Shown here piece after piece: positions 49,201-62,696 of a stretch of DNA of 64,000 nt. The stretch is from Macrostomum lignano. Its lineage: Eukaryota. Made by a program: the position numbers and the translations under genes. Under the pieces are notes generated by a model that did not search any database, was not told the DNA's origin, and saw only the letters and a list, made by a program, of their open reading frames with translations. The stretch lies in the NCBI GenBank assembly GCA_002269645.1, contig NIVC01000095.1, positions 570,323 to 634,322 on the forward strand, in the 5' to 3' direction. Within the stretch, counting starts at the first letter, position 1; the number at the start of each line of letters is the position of its first letter.

Positions 49201-52200
49201 CCTGTCCATCAGTGTGTTCTACCCCTGTCCATCAGTGTGTTCTACCCCTGTCCATCAGTGTGTTCTACCCCTGTCCATCAGTGTGTTCTACCCCTGTCCA
49301 TCAGTGTGTTCTACCCCTGTCCATCAGTGTGTTCTACCCCTGTCCATCAGTGTGTTCTACCCCTGTCCATCAGTGTGTTCTACCCCTGTCCATCAGTGTG
49401 TTCTACCCCTGTCCATCAGTGTGTTCTACCCCTGTCCATCAGTGTGTTCTACCCCTGTCCATCAGTGTGTTCTACCCTACCCCTGTCCATCAGTGTGTTC
49501 TACCCCTGTCCATCAGTGTGTTCTACCCTACCCCTGTCCATCAGTGTGTTCTACCCCTGTCCATCAGTGTGTTCTACCCCTGTCCATCAGTGTGTTCTAC
49601 CCCTGTCCATCAGTGTGTTCTACCCCTGCCCATCAGTGTGTTCTACCCCTGTTTTCAAGAAGTTTTAGTTCGGTAGTTTTCCTAAACTTGAACCAAAACA
49701 CGATTGAATTTTGTTTTAAAGATTTGCGCATTATAACAATTTCTTATAATATTCTAATGCACGCGAAATAAATATGTAATGCCTAGATTTTTTAATGCGC
49801 AGCATTTTAATAAATTTCCTTGTTAATTAAGTTTATGAATTTATGCATTACGTGAATTGACCCAGTTCTAAGACAACACTAAATGTACCGAGGAAAGGAA
49901 TTCGTTTTTGAAATTGCGCATTTCATTGTGACGCATGCCAACGTTGGAGTACTTTGAGATTCTGGTTATTGCTTTCCACCACAGGTTTGTGGGTTCTGTT
50001 TATATTTTGATAGACTGCTAAGCGCATATTAATCTACTTATAGTCAGTAGTGTAATTGTATATTTTGTTTAAATATTTCTCTGAATCCAAATCTTATCAG
50101 TTTATAAACTCAACAATCTTATCAGTTGATAGCTGCTCTCTGAGCTCTAAACTCAACAATCTCATCAGTTGATAGCTGCCCTCTGAGCTCTAAACTCAAC
50201 AATCTTATCAGTTGATAGCTGCCCTCTGAGCTCTAAACTCAACAATCTTATCAGTTGATAGCTGCTCTCTGAGCTCTAAACTCAACAATCTTATCAGTTG
50301 ATAGCTGCTCTCTGAGCTCTAAACTCAACAATCTTATCAGTTGATAGCTGCCCTCTGAGCTCTAAACTCAACAATCTTATCAGTTGATAGCTGCCCTCTG
50401 AGCTCTAAACTCAACAATCTTATCAGTTGATAGCTGCCCTCTGAGCTCTAAACTCAACAATCTTATCAGTTGATAGCTGCTCTCTGAGCTCTAAACTCAA
50501 CAATCTTATCAGTTGATAGCTGCCCTCTGAGCTCTAAACTCAACAATCTTATCAGTTGATAGCTGCTCTCTGAGCTCTAAACTCAACAATCTTATCAGTT
50601 AATAGCTGCTCTCTGAGCTCTAAACTCAACAATCTTATCAGTTGATAGCTGCTCTGAACTTAAATAAGTGCCTGCTAATTTGCCACTGTTTTTTGTTTCC
50701 TGTTAATTTTTATACGAATGCGCTAGTTTAGCTACTGATTTGTATCCAAACAAGTAAAAATATACGCAAATTTTGTTTCCTACAGATAGAAAAAAAAATT
50801 TCTTTCATTTGTAGGGCCGCAACGGTCTTGGAAATATTTTTGTCTGGGCATCCGGCAATGGGGGTCACAAATCCGACAGTTGCGCCTGCGACGGCTACAC
50901 TAATAGCGTCTATACGCTTAGCGTTAGTAGTATAACGCAGCGCAATTCTAAGCCCTGGTATCTGGAGGAGTGCGCCAGCACCCTAGCCGCCACTTATAGT
51001 AGCGGTGGGCACAATGATAAACAGGTGATTATTGTTGTCTTGGTGAATTTGCACTATCGGTTAATTGTTCCACCATTTAACCAGATAAGCAATTGATTCT
51101 ACCCTTAATCTAACTGGCTATATTAGTTAATCCATTCTATTCTCAATGTAATTGACTAGATTAGCAATCAATTCTATGTCTCACTATAATTGATTAGATT
51201 AGCAATCCATTCTATTTACAATGTAATTGACTAGATTAGCAATCAATTCTATGTCTCATCTAATTGACTAGATTAGAAATCCATTCCATTCTCAATGTTA
51301 TTGACTAGATTAGCTGGATGCTAGAATGCTAGATGCTAAATGCTAGATGCTAAATGCTAGAATCGATTCTATTCCGAATGTTATTGACTAGATTAGCAAT
51401 CCATTATATTCTAAATGTTTACTCCCTTCGCAACCTAATCAAGGTGGTAACCACGGATCTCCGGGGTCAGTGCACGAGCACTCACACGGGCACATCTGCT
51501 TCGGCTCCCATAGCAGCAGCAATTGTAGCATTGGTACTGCAGGCTAACAGTAATTTAACCTGGCGCGATGTACAACACATCACAGTGGTCGGAGCCAATT
51601 CTGGCGATTTTCTATTCGACGCGGAATGGTTGCGCAATCAAGCTGGATTGCGTCATTCTAGACGCTATGGATTCGGTTTGATGTCGGCTGCAAGAATGGT
51701 TGCATTGGCTAGGCTGTGGGCTAGACAGGTGCCTCAGATGCTGAGATGCCAATGCGACCCAGTTGTGGCTAATCAACAGGTGCCCGTGCAAGGCGCCCTG
51801 TCCATCTCTGTTGTAGTCAGCAGTGGCGGCTGTAGCTGCAACGGTGGAAAGGGAAAGACTGTCAGAGTTCTGGAATCGGTGCAGTTGCACTTGGATGCCA
51901 GCTATTCAAATAGAGGACAATTACAGGTTTGGAAATCTCATTGCTGTTTATGCTTTTTTTACCTTCAAAGCATAACTTCTTGGGCACTGATTGTCTGTAG
52001 TCAGCACAGATGCTAGAATAACTAGATCTGTCACTCGCAACAGATACGCATACTCCTATTTTCAGTAGCAAAATTAGCGTTTCATCTTTATATTAGTAAA
52101 ATTGAAAGTTTTTTGCACAACGATGCAACAATTGCATCTGGCTTTCTAACAAGCAGGCCCCATTTAACCAGCATCTTCATTTGGTTTTGAAGCTGCAACC

Positions 52201-55200
52201 AAATCTAGTGCGTGTGCATAGCGACTATGAGAGAGACAAGGGGTGGCGTGGCGTCCCATACCCAGCCAGGCCGATAAACAGTTTGGCTCTCCTCTTGCCT
52301 GCTTGTGTCTGACTTTGACTTCTCTCCTTACTGCTCTCTCATTGGCTGAGCTAGATTGGGCCTGCCCCTTAGGCTGATTTTCGTCCGTCTGATTTTAACC
52401 TCTCTCCTTACTGCCCGCTCATTGGCTGAGCTAGATTGGGCCTGCCCCTTAGGCTGATTTTCGTCCGTCTGATTTTAACCTCTCTCCTTACTGCCCGCTC
52501 ATTGGCTGAGCTAGATTGGGCCTGCCCCCTAGGCTGATTTTCGTCCGTCTGATTTTAACCTCTCTCCTTACTGCCCGCTCATTGGCTGAGCTAGATTGGG
52601 CCTGCCCCTAGGCTGATTTTCGTGCGTCTTTGACCTCTCTCCTTACTGCTCTCTCATTGGCTGAGCCAGATTAAGCGTGCCCCCCTAGACTGATTTCGTC
52701 CGTCTTGCGTTTAGTTGTGTTTATCGAGTTAGAGGCTTGTTGTTCATTCTAACCTCATATGCTCCTGAGGCCGCAAACCCTGAGGAAGGAAAGGAAATTT
52801 TAGCTGCCACAAGATTAAAATGACACTATGCAGAAGAACTACTGAAAATGATTAGACGCTCTACCTTTTTTCATAACTTTAATTGCGGGTGACATATCGA
52901 GTTATTCTCGTGTCTGTGCTAGTCAGTAACTTAAAATTCAATGACTATAGCTTTTGCGCACAACGATTGGCCGGTAGGTTGTTGAAACAGAAAGTGACCG
53001 CTGTACACCCTGTGTGAGCGTGTTGGAGATCGGGTTTCGACGAAATGGCCATGATTGTTTGCCTCCTGGCTGGCTGCGCCTTGTTCTATGGCACCACCCA
53101 AAGGGTACCCCTACACAGTAGCTCATTAACTTCATTGAATGTGCACCTAAATTTGCAGGTGACCCTGATCTCACCGGGCGGTACAAAATCTATGCTGCTA
53201 ACTCCTCGTCTGTACGACAACCACAATGGCGACTGCGGCTTTCAAGCCTGGCCTCTCATGTCCGTCCAGTTCTGGCGCGAGAGTCCGATTGGTAAATGGC
53301 AGATTTTAGTCGAGAATCGCGGCTCGCCTAGTAACCATGGACGCGTTGCTACGGCTACGCTTGTACTCTATGGCACCGAGGCGGAGCCTATTCAATTAAG
53401 ACGGCCGAACCCGCCTATGCCTGACTGGTTGCTGCCTTGGAGTAGCGTTATGCTGGTGAGCTTCCAAATAATAATTAGTGTGTATTTGCTATCTGGCTAG
53501 GTAATGGCATTGGTAATGTAGAAGTTTATCATATTTAGTTAACCCCCCATCTTAATCCCAATACTGTACCTAGGTTTGTAGCTAGGTACAGTAAGAAAAT
53601 GCTAGGTATAGTAGATAAAATCTGGCAGTTTTTGTCTACACAGTATTTTGAGGCGGTCACGCTTAACCTATGTAAGTACAAATATACTGGAGCAAGTGAA
53701 AACTACATCTACAACTGGTCTTCACTACTCAACACCAGTCAAAATCGCCTTGTATCCCTTATCATGGCTTATCATTTACTAAAAAATTTCTGAAATATTG
53801 AAATTTCTTTCACACTCTTTTTGGTCCGAAAATTACCCAAATCGTCTCTAAGCCGTTTCTATTGCCATTTAGATTCTATACAACCTTCTCTCGTCCACCA
53901 CAGTCGGAGCCGGGCGGTTCAATCGGTTGTCACCGACTGTGCGCCGACAACGATAACTGCACCGGTTCGGGGCCCGACCACTGTCATCAATGCCGACACT
54001 TCTATCGATCTTCGGGCGACGGCGTTGGAGGAGTTTGCGTCGAATCTTGCCGCACGGACGACGGCGAATATGCGGACACAGCGAATCGGATATGCCGACC
54101 CTGTCACTCTGCTTGTCGGGTCTGTCGCGTTCCCGGTAACACTGTTGGTAACAAGCGTGGCGGCGATTGTCTCGCTTGTCGATCTCACGCTGTATCGTTG
54201 CTAGGCAACTCTAGTAGCATAGAAACCGCAGCCGATTTAGTAGCGTGCATGCCTGCCGGATCAATCTGCCCGGCTAGGTACTATTCTGTAGCAACTACTG
54301 GCGTTGATAAGTTGTCTGCTGCGGCTTGCGCTCCGTGTCCCGTTGGTTGTGCGGCTTGCAGTGGCTTCAACGGTGCAAGCCGGACTGCCTCCAGGCTTCG
54401 AGCGAATTGCAGTTCATGCCAGCCTGGTTATCTATTGTTAGAGCCTAGCGGAGTCTGCTACGCGGGTAGAGACTGTCCTATGGGACATTGGCTAGCATCG
54501 AGTGGTGTCTGTTTAGCCTGCTCAGACTCTGAATGCCGCCTGTGCTCAAGTATTTTCGACAAAAACAATGCCGAATGCTTGTCTTGTCGAGCTCCGTTAA
54601 TGCTATCGCGATCAGATGGGAGATGCATCGACCCAGTGGCTAACGCGGTATCGTGTCCGTCTGAATTCGACGGCTGCTCAATGTGCCTGCCAGACGTTGG
54701 TATTTGCGGCCTGTGCCAGCCAGACCGGTTTATGGACTTCTCCGACGGTCTCGACGGAGCTAACGGAGCCAACGGTCGGTGCTTGAAAGAGTGCCCAGCC
54801 GAGCGGCCGTACGCTTGTCAAGTTTCGTTCGGTAACTCAATGGTATCCGGGCAGTGCTTCGCGTTGCCTTGCAGCCGGGTCAGTTTGCCGGGACCTTGTC
54901 CTCTCGGACAGTTTGCTAGCGCCACGGCTGGTATGATCGAACAGCTTTCGAATAATAAAAACTACTCAACTTCTATCATGTGTCTACCGTGTCATAGCAG
55001 TTGTCGCACCTGTTCAGGTCCCGAAGCTAGTAATTGCACAAGTTGTCGTCAAGGTTACGCCTGTTTGAGCAAACACACCGGACATTGTTTAGTGTGTGGT
55101 TATTCCGCCGACTGTGATCCCGTATCTAACGATGGAATTTGTCTTACAGAGGAAGCTGATAAAAATAACTCTGCCGATTGGAACTTGCTAAAAACTACTG

Positions 55201-55661
55201 TGTCGCCGAAAAACAAACCTGATGATACCGTAGTTACTCCGTTTCGACTGTCACCTGTACACGCTGTGTACGGATTCGCTGTCGGTATTGTCACTATAGT
55301 GATAATCTGTCTAGTTGGGTATTGCTACTGCGCCGGTACAGATGGTGGAGTGCGTGGCAGCTATGGCGTCAGCGGTAGCGACGGTTCGAGAAATGGCGGC
55401 GGTAATGCCGTCAGCGGAGCTGGGATCGGCTTAGGCAACAGTGGCGCCGGTGGTGGCGGAGTGAAGTGCAGCTACAGCCAGGTATCGCAGTCGTCACCGT
55501 CCAGTTCTCCGGAACGATCCGGCCTGTATAAGCATCATCACCAGAAGCATCAGCGCGTTGTTGTGTGCGCTCAAGATTCTCAATCGTCGTCGCCGTCTAT
55601 ATCTCCGTCGCCCGATCCTCTGGCGTCGCCTGAGAAGTATCAGACCTCTCTGAGACTGTAG
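42972..55661 (+). CDS. Furin-like subtilisin/kexin proprotein convertase (furin/PC5/PACE4 type, Cys-rich, type I membrane); exons 42972-43627, 45072-45160, 45251-45423, 50815-51024, 51444-51926, 53159-53455, 53904-55661
   Basis: Prodomain ends KQRVKR-DF. Catalytic Asp (ILDDGIE), His (HGTRCAGEV), oxyanion Asn (WASGNGG) and Ser (HTGTSASAP) are present. They are followed by a P-domain, furin-like CxxCxxC repeats, a TM segment ([21 protein letters not shown]) and a YSQV tail motif. All introns are GT-AG with consistent phases. Confidence 0.92.
44020..44960. repeat. 35-bp minisatellite (CCCCATTTGAGTCCTTGCCAATCTGAGCAATTCCT) in convertase intron 1
   Basis: About 26 copies; the 35-aa periodicity in all three minus-strand ORFs reflects a stop-free unit. 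Confidence 0.97.
45540..46500. repeat. (ATTG)n-based compound microsatellite in convertase intron 3
   Basis: ATTG runs interspersed with GAATAATGG and GAACTG variants. Confidence 0.95.
46965..49650. repeat. 23-bp minisatellite (CAGTGTGTTCTACCCCTGTCCAT), ~115 copies
   Basis: Highly homogeneous array; it explains the 23-aa-periodic [23 protein letters not shown] ORFs. Confidence 0.98.
50095..50655. repeat. 43-bp minisatellite, ~13 copies
   Basis: ACTCAACAATCTTATCAGTTGATAGCTG recurs at 50108, 50151 and onward. Confidence 0.97.
51075..51400. repeat. Degenerate ~40-bp repeat (TAATTGACTAGATTAGCAATC..TTCT) in convertase intron 4
   Basis: About 6 imperfect copies. Confidence 0.8.
52305..52900 (-). 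repeat. Second copy of the CCAAT-unit interspersed element, with the 80-bp unit expanded to 5 copies
   Basis: ATTGGCTGAG occurs at 52341, 52421, 52501, 52581 and 52656. The flank (...GAGGCCGCAAACCC..GAGGAAGG...ATTAGACGCTCTAC...GTGACATATCGAG) matches the reverse complement of 28360-28560. Confidence 0.8.
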
Positions 55662-58600
55662 CTTCCTTTCAAAATACGTATATAAACTATTTTTCTGATG
55701 TCTAAAAGTCTAAAAGTCATTCTGTGCTGTGGTGAGTCCAGGAACGTCAGTGGAGTGTACGGCCGTTCCACCAGATTCTTGCCGCGGTGTACACTCGCCT
55801 CTGACTTTGGGGCTCTAAATTTAGACTTTTTTCTTGTGAGAAAACCCTTGCAGTAACGGAATTATAAATCAAGATCTTTGCAAAAGGTTTTAATACTGCC
55901 GGACAAACAACAAGTGCCGTACGTTTGTACGTTTTCCAAAACCAACACCACGCACTGGTCAAATCATACACATCCCCCACAATATCTAAGGGCAGTAAGC
56001 GCAATGCAGCTACTGACTTTTTTTCGAAGCTATTTTTTGCAATCTTTTACAATACAAATTTTCTGCTGGTGGCGCTCTTTTGTACATGTTGTTACTGCAT
56101 GTAATCATTTTTTTTCAATCTGCAACTTTACTTTGCGTGAGAATTGTACGTCTACACAGCAATTCCTATAGCAGGTGATGCATGTCTACATGCACGTATT
56201 GTACAAATGTATTGAAAATTAACCACGGAAACATCAGTGCTAAACAGTCAATAATTCACTATCAGGTCTCGATGCTATACTGACTTTCGGTCACTGAATA
56301 CGAATCTTACTCCTATTAGAGCACTCCATATAATTTTGATTCCATTTTTATTTATTGTTCACATTTATTTTGGCGTCCACCGCTTGCATTCCTCTTTGCC
56401 CAATACGTTAGCTTAATGCATTGCCATATTTTGCTTAGATTTTACTTTTGCCGCTTACGAAAAATGTTTATTGCACTACTTGTATACAGTAGTAGCGATT
56501 CTCGCTAATTTCCAGCGCCTGTTTTGATAGTCTGTTTAGTTTTTATGGACACATGCATTCAATTCCTATAATAGCAAAAGTCGATAGCCTGTTTTTATGT
56601 AATCCTTTCTGAAGTGAACTTCTTTAACTCTTTATCGATAAAATTATTCTAATTTCGAAACCGTATCATATTTTGTAATTCCTAATTTTATTTTATTTCA
56701 TTCTGTTTTGAACTCCAGTGCTCCTATATCTGTGCCCGTCATTCGTATCTATCACACGCTTTATTTAAATTATTTATCGTTTCAACTAGTCATGCTATAT
56801 TTTTATGACATTAATGAGCAATAAAAACAGTATCAATATAGATGTGTCTGAGTCTGACTAGCTATACTTTTATTCTTATTTTTTTGTCATTTGTTTTCTG
56901 TGACGGCTGTCTATTTATTTTCAGATCTAATTTCACATCTTGCTTTGCTTTTGCAACACAATTTTAAATTTTCAGTACGCTTGTTAATGCAGCTTCCTCC
57001 GTCCAATGAAGATTCAAATAATTAGCGCATGTTTTCATTTTCATGTGTGTTAAATTTTCAATGTAATTTGCTATTCGCAAAGCTGCACGCTCATATTTTA
57101 ATAAACTATGAGGACTTGTGTTGTTGGTGCACTTTCTTGTAACGATAAACAGGACGGGTGTGCTGTAATGGCAGATTTTTAGGATGTCGTGCGAGTATTG
57201 TGTGACAATGTACTCGTACAACAGCAATTATGGTCAAATCGACATTTGCCAGCGCCACCATACCGACTACCGAGAGAGGCGGATCTCTCGGTAGGGTGGC
57301 GGCTTAGAGTAAGTTAGACCGTTGATGGGTCTATTTTGTCTAACACAGATATTTCACACATATTCCACGCTAATGAAAAGATAAGGAGGGTGGATAGATA
57401 ATTAATGTAGGAAAGCAGTCACGTGATTAAATTTGTACAGGGTAAATGTACATTGGGGAGCTACTGTGGAATAAAGGCCATGAAAAGTAATTGCTATTGT
57501 GTCTGGGTGTTTTTTACTGATCACTTAATTTTATACACTGGGTGTGTCATCGATATTTCTGGTCGGGCCCATTCTTGCTAAAACGCTAAAGGCCAACTTT
57601 CATCCTTTATAGAAGCCTATGCGCAAGCGCAAATTGTTGGGATTTGTTGTATCGATTTTTTCTGGCTTGCGCCGCAACCCCTTTTCACACAATAGCTAGT
57701 GGTTAATGGTTGGCTCTTTTATCGATTTTCTGGCTGGCCCTCTAGCCCCTCCTTGCCCCAGGCTAACCTCAGCAGCGGTCGGGTTTTTCTGTGCGTGTTT
57801 GTTGTGGTCTTATCAGTGTTCTCTCTCTCTCTCTCTCCCAACCGTTAGCTTGTATGTGTGCGAGCTGATTGGTTGGGAGCGTTTGATGGGGGGGGGGGGG
57901 GTTGTCCCCCAAATCGATCCCTACTTGGAGGGGTATCTTGTTACTCCTAGAAAGTATGTCCTTTTTATTTACTGACTGAGAATGACTTGCTGTTTATTTC
58001 TTTTAGCGAGTTCAGTTATCAGTTTTTTATTTTCAAATTATTTTTCTTCACAAGCACCTCCTTTGCTTACAAAGGCTCTTAATGAGTCAACAAACGGGAC
58101 AGTTTTTGGGATGTCAATAATTTTTTTGTATGTGCGTGCAGTTTTACGCAACAGTAGCACAGTACTTTTTTTGGTTGTTAAATGTGATATCTATCAACTA
58201 TTTAGTATTCACTGACAAAGTCGCTCATATATTGCATGTACTAAGCAATGAAACCCGTTACAACATTACACTTTTTTATTTATCATCGTTTTTTGCATGA
58301 TAATAATTAAAATTCTCTCCATAACAATAAATAATTGATATTATAACATTAGTCTGGTTCAAACATTCTTTTTTCAATATCTTTTGCTTTCCGTATGCAC
58401 ACGAAAATATATTTGGCAATGCATGTACCCACTCTATGTACACATTCTAAGTCATTGAAGCGTTCAGCAAAGCTTAATAAAATTGCGCATCTGCAGCAGA
58501 ATAACATTATTTTTTTGCATCGACTCAGATTCGCTTGCTTCTGTTCTCGACTCTCTTACTACTATCCCGACACTTTTGTACTTTATATCTTTTTTGCCTG

Positions 58601-59268
58601 CTCCGCATGTGTTCTCTTTTTTGTTCTCTTGTTTATCTTGCTTTAATGTTAGTGTACCTTTATTTTTGTGCTGTGCCTAGTGTACATATTAAATACACTT
58701 GCTTCAATTTTCATTATATCATTTTTTCTGCTACGTTTTGGGTGTTTCGATTAGCCTTATTTTTCTATAAAAAGGACCTTATAATTTAGTAGCAAGGTAT
58801 TGAGTCGAAACATCGTCTCTACTCCCCAGGCCTCGTAGTATGAGTTGATCTTTTCCAGGAGCCAGTACACAGGTCCCTGGGGGTGAATAGTTAGGCCCTT
58901 GAAGGCTGGTGTGGTGTGTTGGTGTAAAGACATTTACACCATGTCGTCACGTAGACCTACGAATGACCTAGGAACGACCGACTGTACATGTGACCTAGTT
59001 GATGTACGAACAGTCTGTTGTATTGCATAGTATTGTAGTGTAATGTGAAGATATCTATAAAATTTATTTTGTTTGACCATTGTCCCGCAACTCATCATTG
59101 GCAGCTATAAAATTGTTCTCAATAAACTTCGAACTGCATTCACTAAAGAAAGAGTCTGTTCACTTTTAATTTACTGTAATTTCCAAAATTTGTTGCAGAT
59201 TCCCCAAACTGGCCGAGCCGACGTTAAGCCTCGCAGATTTTCCCCGATCAGTCGGGGACACGACCGCT

Positions 59269-61113
59269 TTGCTTGTCTGGCTTCGCAATTTAAAGTCAAC
59301 CCCAACTCGGCGACAAGGCGGTGAACAACTTTGTCAGCGTCGCTTGTTGAAAATTACCGCCCTACTGTGGCACTGCCGTATGGGCGACACTCAATCCGTT
59401 CGCTGCCTGTTAAAAAACAGTCGCTATTGTCGACAGTATCTAGTGCTGAGCGATGTCAAGAGCCTGCCTTCTATAAAGTTGGCAGTCGGATCCGCCGAAG
59501 ACGACTATCTGCGACAGTCGCCACCGTTGCATCTGGCGTTATTATCGGGTGAACAGGATCTATTAAGACTGCTGGTGATGTCTAAGTACCGCGGGGCTAT
59601 TGAGGCTGTTGATCAGCCTCTGTGTAGAGCGCCTCTGCATTTAGCTGCTGGAATGGCCGATTCGAAGGCCTGCTCTACTCTAGTGAGTATAGTTTTACTG
59701 ATGCGACTTCGAATTTATATGTCTGTTAACACGTTTTTTATGTTCCTGTATTAAAGCCGGTTTGGCTATAGCGTATTTGGATTTAGTGTAGTTAGACTAG
59801 CACATTCAGCGCCCCCCTTGGGGGTGTGCTTGCCAATCCAAAACATTAAGTTAGTTTGCTTTGGTTTTCGACTATCGAAGACAGTGGGCATGTACACTTG
59901 TAGACAATAGCTTGGAATTAGAAAGCACGACGTGCATCTTAATGACGTAACAATTTTATATTTTTATAAATCGGTTTCCTGTTTATAGATAAGCCTCGGC
60001 GCCAGTCCGTCAATCGTCGACGCCAATAATCGCACTCCGCTTCACATTTTGGCGCTTAGCTCCGCTGCTGTACCTAACAAACTTTCAACAACCGAAGTCT
60101 GCGCCACCGCTCGGGTTTTAATTACTGGCCAAACACCATCTGGAAGCAATCAATCAATGAGCGCTAAACTTTTTGTGGATCTTCCAGATGAGTTTGGTTT
60201 AACTGCGCTTCATTTAGCAATAATTGGCAGCTTGTCAGATTTGGCCAACTGTCTAATATCAGAGTTTGGCGCTTCAATCCTAACCCGAGATAAACGAGGT
60301 CAAACTCCGTTGCACTGGGCCGCTGTTGCTACGGACAGTAAAAACAAATCAGTGGTTGAAAATCTGTTGGAAAATTTTCTTCCACCGTCGGACGATGTGA
60401 AATGCAATGATTTATTGACTGCACTCTCTGCTAAGGAGCACACCTGCGGCGCTACACCATTGCACCTAGCGGCCGGGGCTAATCAGGTCGCTGCGGTTCG
60501 CTGTCTTGTTGCTAGGGGAGCCAAAATTGACGCCGTTGATAATCGAGGCTTAACGCCGTTTCATTGGGCCGTTACTAGGCGCGCTAACGACGTAGTCAAA
60601 ACTTGGCTGTTGGAAAATTCTTGGCCTGTACCGTTTGATGCAGTTTTAGCTGTAGCCGCTTGTAATAATATTCCAGCATTAGAACTCTTGATTAAAAATC
60701 TCCATGGTCTGCATGAAAGCGAGGCTACCAACTGTTCAACGTTGCTGCAGCCTTCGATGACGCCAGCTCACGTGGCCGCTGCAGCCGGTTCCGTCAATTC
60801 TCTCGCCTGGGCGTTGAGAGCCCGTCCGGATTGGCTGACTATGCCAGACTCCGAACGTGGTTGGACGCCGCTGCACTGGGCAGCCGCATGCGGTCACGTG
60901 ACATGTGCCAGTCTGCTTGTAGATCTTGGCGCTCCACACACCGTATTTAACGCTGCTATGAAAGACGGCTGGACGCCGCTAGACTGCGCATTATTTGCCA
61001 AGCAGCAGCGGGCCGTCGATTGGCTGCGAGGTCGCGGGGCGGTCACCTTGGAGGAGCTCCGGCTTCGCGCTGCGAACCGAATTCAACGCTGGTGGAGACG
61101 GTTGCGGACTTAG
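59269..61113 (+). CDS. Ankyrin-repeat protein with a C-terminal IQ-like motif (inversin-like architecture); exons ~59269-59682 and 59989-61113, 5' end uncertain
   Basis: Repeated PLHLA / TPLHW / TPFHW / TPLDCA ankyrin motifs are joined by a phase-0 GT-AG intron. The protein ends AANRIQRWWRRLRT*. Confidence 0.8.
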
Positions 61114-61115
61114 TA

Positions 61116-61867
61116 ATCATAGATACGAGAGTCGGGCTTGCGAGACTGAAAATTTTCTGTCTATGGTCGACACTCGTTGGCATGGCGGAGTTCAATTTAA
61201 TCCTGGGGGCATCAATTTGATCATTCTAATCATATAACGTTAGATATCCAGTGCTATAACACAAGTCGTTTACTTATCATTGAGAAAATCTAAAACAGTA
61301 CAGTACAATAAACAAATAAAAGCTTTAGCGTCGGATGTCATCAAGTCAGGCTGGAATAAACCTCAGCATCTGCCGGTATCAGCCTCGCATTTTGCAACTG
61401 ACCATCAGGCGGAGTGTCCAGCTCTTCTTGCAGTTGTGGTTGAGCCAGCTGGCGTTTGATAGCTGCCTTCAGGCAGGCGTGCGCGTTTTCCACACGGTTG
61501 AGGAATTGCGAGTATGGAGGCAATGTCACCAGGCGCCAAGCGGGCTGAAATTGATCTGGGATTGTCACTCCATGATGAAAACGGGCGTCATCCATGATCA
61601 CACAGAGTCCTTGTCATCGGGTACATCACGACTCTTCACGCTTTGCACCAGATCATTGATTAACGTCAGGTACCTGACTGTCTCTCCGAAGATCATATGA
61701 TGAAAAAACAAGTTAAAAACAGGTTTCGCTAACAGTAAAAATGTGCATTGAAAACATAGAAGAATCATATTGATGCTCTCAGGATTGGATTGAAATCCGC
61801 TATGCCAGCGAGTGTCGACCATCGACAGAGTTTTCAGTCTCGCAGGCCTGATTTCCGTATCTATGAT
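61116..61867 (-). mobile_element. Internally deleted Tc1/mariner (IS630-like) element with ~110-bp TIRs and a TA TSD
   Basis: Left arm ATCATAGATACGAGAGTCGGGCTTGCGAGACTGAAAA... pairs with the right arm ending ...CCGTATCTATGAT. TA flanks it at 61114-61115 and 61868-61869. The DDE_3 remnant reads IMDDARFH...LPPYSQFLNRVE (61601-61341). Confidence 0.85.
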
Positions 61868-62696
61868 TAAATTGAAAGCTTGCAGTACCAACTAGGCCGC
61901 AAAAAGGAATAGTTGCTGACAAAGATATTCGCTTGGCTGTTATTCAACCACTAATGACATTTCTTTGTCAGTGACATCGACTAAATTTAAACCTGTCAGT
62001 GACTTTTGTCTGTCTTTAAAATTCGGCTCTCAGTGACCTCAGAGGTATAAACATTAAATTACCGAGAGGTAAACATTATGAATGTACTTAAAAAGGCTCA
62101 GTCCAGATCGGTGTTACTTCGTATGTTGTCTACATATCTATAGCATTTAACGGAAAGCTTGCTTATGTGTGCTAAAACAATTCTCTAACTTCCTAAACTT
62201 TTATGCTGCGTGTACACAATATCTAAAACATTGCTATAAATTTACATTTAGATAGCTTTATTTACGAGATCAACTGTTGTCAAAATATAAAAATTTGCCA
62301 TTGATGTTGATTCACATTTTCATAGAGCTATATTTTCTATTAAGATTGTTATGATGTTTGTCCTTATTTTGTTCCACTATCCACTTAATTAGGTCCAGAT
62401 TTGAAGTTAGTATATATAGGTAGATATTCCAAAACAGTGCATTGCTTAGTCTTTATCTCAAGTGTTCATTAAAGAAGGCACTGCACTGCCCATATACCAG
62501 AATCGCAACTGAACCGCTTTAGAAAATGTCACCTAAAGTACTTTGGGAATGGCCTTTCAGGAACTTTGAGAAACTTAAGGCACTTAAGGCACCTGAGACT
62601 ATTATCATAACGTGTATTTCTCTGTTTCATAAATATAATTACTATAATCATTGCATTAATCATTTTAGATCAATCTCAAGTAACTAATTAAAGAAT

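Noticed and set aside
46926-49771. Long Cys/Pro-rich ORFs up to 900 aa
   Set aside because: They result from a stop-free 23-bp satellite read in all frames inside a convertase intron.
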